Shown one piece after another: positions 57,248 through 64,000 of a stretch of DNA of 64,000 nucleotides (position 1 is its first letter; the number at the start of each line of letters is the position of its first letter). The stretch spans positions 3,012-67,011 of the forward strand of contig JAFSGC010000012.1 in NCBI GenBank assembly GCA_017434825.1. Reading direction: 5' to 3'. Origin of the DNA: Bacilli bacterium (GTDB lineage Bacteria > Bacillota_I > Bacilli_A > RF39 > UBA660). Under the pieces are notes generated by a model that searched no databases, had not been told where the DNA came from, and saw only the letters and a list, made by a program, of their open reading frames with translations. The translations under genes and the position numbers were made by a program.

Positions 57248-58426
57248 TTAATATTCTGTTTCATCAATTTGAATACCATCTTGAATCATCGATTCATATG
57301 TTCCTATATCCGTAAATTCTATTTTATATTCTAATTCTCCTAACTTAGTAAAGATAACAGAATCTACTCCAAATCTTTCTAACATCTCATATGTTAATAC
57401 AGTTCCCTCAGCAAGTTCAAAAACATCTCTTAATAACCATTTGCCAAGAACTTTATTAGGATTACTCATAATTGCCTTACCATCTTCTTGACAGACTTTT
57501 GCAGTAATAACATTTCCATCAGGAAGATGCAAATTAAATTGAGTATCTCTTGAAGGAAAGAAACCCTCACTTCTTCTTCTATCATCAGCAGGATATGGAA
57601 TATATATTTCGTTTGGATCTCTTACTCTTCCCGAAGCATTCCATTGATTCAATCCACTTCTCTCTTGTACCGTTTTTATTCCTGTACTTCTATCTATAGT
57701 ATAAAGTCTAAGACATAGCCTTTCTTCATTTCTTGGCTCAATTTCTGGAACCATAACATTTGCAACAGTAGCTAATATTTCAGTATTATTTTCAAATAAT
57801 CCTTCCAAATATGAATAAGGGTCATTTAATATATCAATTTCAAAGCTATCCAATAAATCCATATTTTCAAACAACATGTATAATGTACTTTTACTAATAT
57901 TAAAATGATAAATATGATTGTTATCAGTAAAGTAAATATTATTAGCATTTGTTCTATCTTCAAGAATAGTTATATGTTCTATATCAATTGAATCGAAAGA
58001 ACATTCATATATTTGCATAATATTTGGAATTCTTTTTACAATGTGATAAATCATTTCATTTATTCCATGCAAATTTTTTGTTACTCTTATTCTCTCATTT
58101 CTATATTCCGATACTCTTTTAACCATTTCTAAAGAAGGTAATCCTTGATATGTAGTTCTTAATCTATTAAATTCAGCAACTTTCTGATTATCTGCTCCAA
58201 CCCAAGTTTTTAATCCTACTCCAACATTATCTTTTTTGGCATCTGCAGAGCAATCTTCTCTACTCAAATTATCAGCATCAAAATATTTACAAAAGATATT
58301 TTCATGGCATCTATAGTAAAGATATGGTTCATCACTTTCAGAATAAATTCTAGATAAACTTCCAACTATTTTCAACATATTTTTATAATTATTTTTCTTT
58401 TCTTCAGGTTGTCTATCGTAAAACAT
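57248..58426 (-). CDS. type II restriction endonuclease partner of the C5-MTase (family not identified)
   Basis: About 392 aa, immediately upstream of and co-oriented with the MTase. The N-terminal region has SADAKKDNVGVGLKTW (a possible D...x-K nuclease core). The C-terminal domain is LNQWNASGRVRDPNEIYIPYP...FNLHLPDG. I placed the start at MFYDRQ, behind SD ggtgggtga. Confidence 0.65.
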   Translation of the reverse strand: MFYDRQPEEKKNNYKNMLKIVGSLSRIYSESDEPYLYYRCHENIFCKYFDADNLSREDCSADAKKDNVGVGLKTWVGADNQKVAEFNRLRTTYQGLPSLEMVKRVSEYRNERIRVTKNLHGINEMIYHIVKRIPNIMQIYECSFDSIDIEHITILEDRTNANNIYFTDNNHIYHFNISKSTLYMLFENMDLLDSFEIDILNDPYSYLEGLFENNTEILATVANVMVPEIEPRNEERLCLRLYTIDRSTGIKTVQERSGLNQWNASGRVRDPNEIYIPYPADDRRRSEGFFPSRDTQFNLHLPDGNVITAKVCQEDGKAIMSNPNKVLGKWLLRDVFELAEGTVLTYEMLERFGVDSVIFTKLGELEYKIEFTDIGTYESMIQDGIQIDETEY

Positions 58427-58666
58427 AAAATCACCCACCAATTTTTAACATTGCTATCATTACTATAATTATATCATAAATTTCAAATTTCTCAGAGCTT
58501 TTGATGAGATTTTTAATATTTCACCCTCTTGAGTGTGAAGAGAGCAACTATTAATTATTCCATAATAAAAACTGCTAATTATAGCAGTCATAAAAATTCA
58601 CGAAAACCTATTCATGCAGATCCAAGAATAGGCCTACGGCTTTGATATCCAAATCTATTTCAGATG

Positions 58667-58985
58667 TTACTCCATTACCAGCAATTTTCTTATACGCAGA
58701 ATTGTAACGGCGAATCCAATTTTATTTTACGTAAGATTGTGAACTTACCCAGCTTTTAACAAGACTGTAACTTGAGTTTGGATTTTGGCATCCCTAAAGT
58801 GGATCTGCACTTTAGTTTCCATAGCTTAACACTTACGAGTATGCTCTCTAAAAAAAAGTTTTACTTGCCCCATAGCTGTTAAGATTAGCTCTCTCAACAA
58901 TCTAATCTATAATTATTAGATGTTCTTGCTAACATTTGGGCAGGACAAGCGTAAAAACTCTGCTAATTTTTTCAATTCGCATCAT
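58667..58985 (-). pseudogene. possible remnant of an excisionase-like HTH and a tyrosine-recombinase C-terminus
   Basis: Behind promoter TGgTATAAT and SD aaaggaga, a short frame MMRIEKISRVF.. breaks. Alternate frames read KLAEFLRLSCPNVSKNI and LTAMGQVKLFF. A further frame reads METKVQIHFRDAKIQTQVTVLLKAG*VHNLT*NKIGFAVTILRIRK. That loosely fits H.LRH..at.LlkaGv......lGHa.i..Tl..Y, but with in-frame stops. Confidence 0.3.
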
Positions 58986-59125
58986 CTCCTTTGCTTGCCC
59001 TTATAGGACATAAATATTATACCACAATTTACTCTCTTGGAATAGAAGAAGACAGATTTTTTTATCAATATTAATAAGCCTTTTATCTCTTTAAAAACAG
59101 CATTTTTCATATTTTTAACCCCGAA

Positions 59126-59147
59126 ATTCGTATGTAATTCGTATGTA
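59126..59147 (+). repeat. tandem 11-mer arm-type repeats (attcgtatgta x2)
   Basis: A perfect tandem duplication about 100 bp inside the right direct repeat, with a third copy at 56141-56153. Confidence 0.55.
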
Positions 59148-59213
59148 ATATTTATGAAAAGTTGTAAAACATTACTAAAAACTTGTAATTTCTTGCTATT
59201 TTTTTGTAACAAA

Positions 59214-59239
59214 CACAAAAAATGAGGCCTTTCGGCCTC
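59214..59239 (-). terminator. intrinsic terminator now serving recG (GAGGCC-gaaa-GGCCUC plus U-run)
   Basis: A GC-rich GNRA-loop hairpin followed by attttttgtg on the minus strand. It abuts the 12-bp direct repeat. Confidence 0.75.
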
Positions 59240-59375
59240 TTCAGGGGGTTTTGGTTGATCATCTCCCACATTATTGTTCGTAGAAGTTGATCATGTACAC
59301 GATATTGCTACCGTGCTATCTTAATAATATTATCTTTCATTTTAAAAGTCAATTAGGTTTATACAACTTTACACT

Positions 59376-61346
59376 TTAATCCGCAATATCTAAACTATCA
59401 GATATCTTTGAATAATACTCACTTTGCATATACCGTTTATTTCTAATATATTCCTCAGAATCATTTTTTGCTTGAACTAATATTTCATAGTCATTTTTAA
59501 GGTTAGCAATTTTAAAATGCATATCCCCACTTTGTCTTGTTCCAAACAAATCCCCATGGCCCCTTAGTTCAAAGTCTCTTTGAGAAATATGAAATCCATC
59601 ATTACTTTCTTCCATAACTTTAAGTCGATCATTATCATAATTACTTATTAAATAACAATAACTTTGTAATTCACTTCGACCTACACGTCCTCGAAGCTGA
59701 TGAAGCGATGCGAGCCCAAATCTTTCAGCATTAAAAATTACAATCATCGTAGCATTTGCAACATCAATACCAACCTCAATAACTGTAGTTGATATCAAAA
59801 TTTTAACAACATTATTTTTAAAATCATTCATAACTGAATCCTTAACTACCTGCTTCATCTTTCCATGAATGATTTCCGTTCTAACTTTACCTTGAAAAGC
59901 TAAATCAATCTTTTCTTTTAATAGATTTACACTACTTAAATCAAGTTCATCATTTTGTTCCACTAAAGGAGAAACAATATATATTTGATGCCCCTTTTTT
60001 ATTTCTTCGAGCATTGCGGAAAGCACATCTTTAATTTCTTTTTCACTCTTTACTTTAGTAATTATTTCCTTACGTCCCATCGGTTTACTTTTAATCATCG
60101 ATATATCTAAATCACCATATATTGTCATTGCATAAGTTCTTGGAATTGGAGTAGCAGATAAATATAAAATGTCAGGTCTAAATGATTTCTTTTGTAAAAT
60201 ACTGCGTTGATTTACACCAAAGCGATGTTGCTCATCAGTAATAACCAGTCCTAAGTTCTTAAAATTCAAATTATCACTTAATATAGCATGAGTTCCAATT
60301 AATAAATCTACTTCGCCTTTTTCGACTTTTTGGTAAACGCTTTTCTTTTCCTTGGCACTCATTGAACCTGTAATAACGTCAACATTAACATTAAACTTGT
60401 CTAATATCTTTTTAATACCATAATAATGCTGTATTGCAAGAATCTCTGTTGGAGCCATTAATGCTGATTGATAACCCGAAAGAAAGTTTGCATATACTGC
60501 CATCGTGGATACTACAGTCTTTCCACTACCAACATCTCCGAGTAATAAACGATTCATTCGCGAAGGCGACTTCATATCATTTATTATTTCTTCGACAGCT
60601 TTTTGTTGATCATCAGTTAACTTATATGGCAAACTATTAACAATTATTTGCATTTTTTCATTGTCAATATCCCTTGCTATTCCCTCAATATTTTTATTCT
60701 CCTTATTTAAATAATTCATCTTAAATGAAAAATTAAATAACTCTTCATATATCAGTCTTATCTTAGCATTTTTTACTTCTTTAGCATTTTTAGGAAAATG
60801 AATCTTTTCAATTGCTTCTTTCTTATCTAAGAAACTATATCTTTGTGTATATTCTGAAGGGATTAAATCTTCAACAGGATTTTTTATTGCCGCTTTAATT
60901 AGCTTAGATAAAGCTTGACTAGATATTCCATTTGTTAAATGATAAACAGGTTCAATATCACCAGGACTAATATTAAATTTAATATCACTCGCAGTAAAAC
61001 TGTTTTTCTTACCATCATACTTTCCAATTAAAGTAACTCTTTTACCTACATTCAAATTTGGACGCATAAAAGCTCTATTAAATATTGTTACATTACATAT
61101 CCTTCCGTTTGCATTTGCTCTAAATGAAAGTCGATTAAAATTCTTTTTAATATATGAAACTACTGGATTAGATTCAATAATAGCACTAACAATTAAATTA
61201 TCATTTGAATCTATTAAATCAGAAAAAGAATATACATTATAGCGATATGGATAATATGTTAATAAATCCTCGACTGTATATATATTTAATTTTTCTAGTA
61301 ACTTTGCTGTCTTTGGGCCTACCCCAGTTATGTTGTTTATATCCAT
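59376..61346 (-). CDS. recG: ATP-dependent DNA helicase RecG
   Basis: 656 aa with an N-terminal wedge/OB domain and the helicase motifs GDVGSGKT and ITDEQHRFG, plus QLRGRVGRS. Confidence 0.93.
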   Translation of the reverse strand: MDINNITGVGPKTAKLLEKLNIYTVEDLLTYYPYRYNVYSFSDLIDSNDNLIVSAIIESNPVVSYIKKNFNRLSFRANANGRICNVTIFNRAFMRPNLNVGKRVTLIGKYDGKKNSFTASDIKFNISPGDIEPVYHLTNGISSQALSKLIKAAIKNPVEDLIPSEYTQRYSFLDKKEAIEKIHFPKNAKEVKNAKIRLIYEELFNFSFKMNYLNKENKNIEGIARDIDNEKMQIIVNSLPYKLTDDQQKAVEEIINDMKSPSRMNRLLLGDVGSGKTVVSTMAVYANFLSGYQSALMAPTEILAIQHYYGIKKILDKFNVNVDVITGSMSAKEKKSVYQKVEKGEVDLLIGTHAILSDNLNFKNLGLVITDEQHRFGVNQRSILQKKSFRPDILYLSATPIPRTYAMTIYGDLDISMIKSKPMGRKEIITKVKSEKEIKDVLSAMLEEIKKGHQIYIVSPLVEQNDELDLSSVNLLKEKIDLAFQGKVRTEIIHGKMKQVVKDSVMNDFKNNVVKILISTTVIEVGIDVANATMIVIFNAERFGLASLHQLRGRVGRSELQSYCYLISNYDNDRLKVMEESNDGFHISQRDFELRGHGDLFGTRQSGDMHFKIANLKNDYEILVQAKNDSEEYIRNKRYMQSEYYSKISDSLDIAD

Positions 61347-61435
61347 GTTTCCTCCATAATTTAATTATAGCATATTACTAATTTAAAACTCTTAAAAATA
61401 TTTTTGTAAATTATGTGTAAATTTAATTGACTTTT

Positions 61436-61552
61436 AGGGGTCTTTGATTTAGTATATTAAGTACCAAATCACTTGAGAAGGCGATTTGGTGCTAGTATCA
61501 CACTAGTCAACCCCTTTTTATTCTTTGAGACCATCACGCAAGTGATGGTTTC
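61436..61552. other. multi-hairpin structured intergenic element (strand undetermined)
   Basis: The long-range pair AGGGGT (61436-41) / AACCCCT (61509-15) encloses hairpins ACCAAATC...GATTTGGT and CTAGT-atcac-ACTAG. It is followed by GAGACCATCAC-gcaa-GTGATGGTTTC (61527-52). Confidence 0.35.
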
Positions 61553-61564
61553 GCAATTTATAGA

Positions 61565-61597
61565 CATTAAAAAACTAACTTTTTAAAAGTTAGTTTT
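61565..61597 (-). terminator. intrinsic terminator overlapping the PFOR stop codon
   Basis: aaaactaac-ttttaaaaa-gttagtttt plus a T-run on the minus strand. Confidence 0.7.
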
Positions 61598-64000
61598 TAT
61601 TTTCTAGATTTTTATAATAGTTATATCTCTTAATTGCGTTTTGTTTTTGTTGTTCAAGGATTTCATCTGCAAACTCTGAGTTCTTAATAGTTAACGCTTT
61701 GAATCTAACTTCATTATTTAAGAAGTCACGATACTTATCAAAGTCCGGTTCCGGAGAATCAATATAAAGTTTATTATCAAAGTAACGCATTAACATTGTA
61801 TAACCGCATTCTACTGCAAGTTTTTCTTCGCGAATTGAATTACTCATTCCATTTTTAATTCCATGTTCAACACAAGGACAATAAGCAATTATTATAGCAG
61901 GACCATTATGTTCTTCAGCTTCTTTAAACGCTTTTATTGTTTGCATCATGTTAGCTCCAAGAGAAATACTTGCAACATAACAATTTTCAATTGAACTAGC
62001 AATTCTAAATAAATCTTTCTTTGAAGTTTTCTTACCAAAGTCTGCAAATTCTGCAACAGCACCCTTCTTCGTTGATTTACTTGCTTGTCCACCAGTATTT
62101 GAATACACTTCAGTATCTAATACTAAAATCTTAATATTTTCATTTGAGTGAAGAACATGATCAAGACCATTATAACCAATATCATAAGCCCATCCATCTC
62201 CTCCTAAAGCCCAAACTGTTCTCGCAGGTAAATATTCTTTTAACTCTACAAGTTCTTTAGGGATATTTTCATCTTTTAGTTTATTAGCCACTTCCATTGT
62301 AACTTTTATATCATTTTCATTTGTTAGATATTTGTTGAAAAGTTCTTTAGTTTCAGCATCAACAGCCTCAAGTGAGGATTCCATAATTTTTCTAATTCTA
62401 TTTCTTTTTTGTTTATAAGAAATATGAATACCATAAGCAAATTCAGCGTTATCCTCAAATAATGAGTTAGCCCAAGGAATTGAATAAGGCATACACGGAG
62501 CACTTCCACCATAAATACTTGAACATCCTGTAGCATTAGCAATAACTAACTTATCTCCCATTAATTGAGTTAACAATTTAATATAAGGAGTTTCACCACA
62601 ACCTGCACAAGCACCATTAAATTCAAATCTTGGCTTTTCAAGTTGGCTACCCTTAATTGTATACTTGTTGAAAAGTTGTTCATTTTCATGTGTATCAAAC
62701 AATTCATCAGTTGGTTTAACATTTTCTTCCATTGTTAATGCATGAGTAGGACAAATTCCCACACATAATCCACAGCTTGTACAATCTAAGTTACTAATAC
62801 CTACTACAAAGTTATAATCATCTTTACCAATTACTGGTTTACCAATTGATTTATCTTTAGTAACAAAGTTTCTAATAACTGCATGTGGACAAACAAATGA
62901 GCACATTCCACATTCAATACATTTTTCCATATTCCATTTTGGAGTTAGGTTAGCAACATTTCTCTTTTCTCTTTTTGAAAGACTTCCAGGGAACGCTCCT
63001 CCCGCGATAGGAAGAACATCACCAACGGATAAAGTATTCCCCATTCGATAATCCATCATTTGATAGATGTCTTTAGCTTCTCTTTCTTCATAAGGAACTT
63101 CATTTAATGTGATATTTACCTCTTTAATGCTATTTAGAGACTCATTTACAGCATTTGTATTATTATCTACTATATCTTGTCCTTTTGTCGCAAAAGCCTT
63201 TTTAATTGACTCTACAACAAGTTCTAAAGCATTATCAATTCCTAAAAGTTTTAAAATATTAACTTCCATGATTTTATTAATCTTACCACGAATATTATTT
63301 GCATAAGCAATCTTTTCTGCATTAATAATATTTACTTTTAAATTCTTATCTAAAATTATTTTCTTAACATCACTTGGCAAGAACTCATTTAACTCTTCTT
63401 CATTCTTAATTGTATTAATTAAAATATATGCTCCATTTTTAGCATCAGATAACATATCATATTTTTTGAAATATTCATCTTTTGTAATAACAATAATCGA
63501 AGGACTAACTACATAGTAAGGTGCATTAATTGGTTTATCCCCTACTCTTAAATGAGAAATAGTTACTCCCCCACTCTTTTTAGAGTCATATTCAAAATAT
63601 CCTTGAACATATTTTCCTAAACTAGCATTAGCAATAGTTAATATATCTTTTGAAGCACTAACCATTCCATCAGAACCAAATCCCCAGATTTTAAATTCTT
63701 GACAAGGAAGCTCTACATCATATGAATCCACTGGTAAACTTAAATAAGTTACATCATCATTAATACCAATAGTAAAACCATTAACCAATTTACTATCAAG
63801 CATATTATATACAGCCATTATTTGATCTGGAGTTGTATTCTTACTAGATAATCCATATCTTCCACCTACAATTTCGACAGGTGTATCTTTTAATGCTGCT
63901 ACAATATCTAAGTATAAAGGTTCACCAATACTTCCAGCTTCTTTAGTTCTATCTAACACTGCAATTCTTTGAACTGATTTTGGTAATACATCGATTAAAT
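61590..64000 (-). CDS. nifJ: pyruvate:ferredoxin (flavodoxin) oxidoreductase, C-terminal ~800 codons (5' part beyond the right window edge)
   Basis: Has two 4Fe-4S motifs (CIECGMCSFVCP, CTSCGLCVGICP) and a TPP-binding GGDGWAYDIG. The frame stays open upstream of the track start (…IDVLPKSVQRIAVLDRTKEAG) to position 64000. Confidence 0.92.
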   Translation of the reverse strand, partial: LIDVLPKSVQRIAVLDRTKEAGSIGEPLYLDIVAALKDTPVEIVGGRYGLSSKNTTPDQIMAVYNMLDSKLVNGFTIGINDDVTYLSLPVDSYDVELPCQEFKIWGFGSDGMVSASKDILTIANASLGKYVQGYFEYDSKKSGGVTISHLRVGDKPINAPYYVVSPSIIVITKDEYFKKYDMLSDAKNGAYILINTIKNEEELNEFLPSDVKKIILDKNLKVNIINAEKIAYANNIRGKINKIMEVNILKLLGIDNALELVVESIKKAFATKGQDIVDNNTNAVNESLNSIKEVNITLNEVPYEEREAKDIYQMMDYRMGNTLSVGDVLPIAGGAFPGSLSKREKRNVANLTPKWNMEKCIECGMCSFVCPHAVIRNFVTKDKSIGKPVIGKDDYNFVVGISNLDCTSCGLCVGICPTHALTMEENVKPTDELFDTHENEQLFNKYTIKGSQLEKPRFEFNGACAGCGETPYIKLLTQLMGDKLVIANATGCSSIYGGSAPCMPYSIPWANSLFEDNAEFAYGIHISYKQKRNRIRKIMESSLEAVDAETKELFNKYLTNENDIKVTMEVANKLKDENIPKELVELKEYLPARTVWALGGDGWAYDIGYNGLDHVLHSNENIKILVLDTEVYSNTGGQASKSTKKGAVAEFADFGKKTSKKDLFRIASSIENCYVASISLGANMMQTIKAFKEAEEHNGPAIIIAYCPCVEHGIKNGMSNSIREEKLAVECGYTMLMRYFDNKLYIDSPEPDFDKYRDFLNNEVRFKALTIKNSEFADEILEQQKQNAIKRYNYYKNLENKN

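Larger units (their letters stand above)
56024..59248 (-). mobile_element. decayed integrative mini-island carrying a type II RM system (attR-MTase-REase-int/xis remnant-attL)
   Basis: An identical 12-bp direct repeat ctcttcaggggg lies at 56024-56035 and 59237-59248. Similar flanks (aaaatgag..., ...ttttggtt) accompany both copies. Arm-like repeats ttcgtatgtaatt sit about 100 bp inside each end. Frame-broken xis/int-like sequence lies next to the recG-proximal end. Confidence 0.45.

Noticed and set aside
58982-59269. 95-aa track ORF (MGDDQPKPPEEAERPH...) in the recG-REase spacer
   Set aside because: It reads straight through the recG terminator hairpin, the direct repeat, the tandem arm repeats and a promoter. 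It has no SD. The region is better explained as attL plus a decayed xis/int.
1-64000. Search for CRISPR arrays, rRNA genes, intact transposases/IS elements, reverse transcriptases or prophage structural genes
   Set aside because: Reading both strands, I saw no regularly spaced direct repeats, rRNA-like conserved blocks, DDE/serine-recombinase ORFs or RT motifs. The only mobility traces are the BRO-N pseudogene and the decayed xis/int remnant.

Overview
This is a visibly AT-rich Bacillota (Firmicutes) chromosomal segment, transcribed almost entirely on the minus strand. From about 1 to 27 kb it is core housekeeping with Bacillus-like synteny. That stretch holds a T-box leader followed by a small ORF and thrS, tRNA-Ala, rpoZ, a rodZ-like gene with pgsA, and a type-B RNase P RNA abutting gpsB. 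It continues with recU-ponA, nth-dnaD-cca, trmB, scpAB, tRNA-Leu, tRNA-Met, RNase J and RNase Y. A CotD-like coat protein suggests a spore former. From about 27 to 43 kb the content is accessory envelope and regulatory genes. These include several membrane-tethered XRE regulators, a NUDIX/GNAT cluster of unknowns, and a LemA-DUF2207 operon followed by a very large S8 protease (LRR plus dockerin) translationally coupled to a membrane-anchored Ig-like protein. From about 43 to 59 kb lies a composite defence island. In order it carries a kinase-like pair, a NERD-TM protein, an orphan ORF, yitT, and an unknown two-gene cassette (a TM protein plus a DUF4160 fusion). After these come a GmrSD-type DUF262/DUF1524 enzyme in one operon with a complete DpnII-type (dpnM-dpnA-dpnB) cassette and a TIGR04141-like protein with a small membrane protein. 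It ends in a ~3.2 kb mini-island holding a C5-methyltransferase and a restriction enzyme. That mini-island is flanked by a 12-bp direct repeat, has arm-type repeats, and appears to carry a decayed xis/int remnant, inserted at the recG terminator. The window ends with recG and a partial pyruvate:ferredoxin oxidoreductase gene. I saw no CRISPR array, rRNA or intact transposase. The best candidates for undescribed biology are the unknown cassette at 47.2-48.7 kb, the TIGR04141-like locus, the GmrSD/DpnII fusion operon, the immobilised RM mini-island, and a terminator-containing leader RNA upstream of the HD/trmB genes. All family assignments come from reading motifs by eye and from memory. No searches were run.
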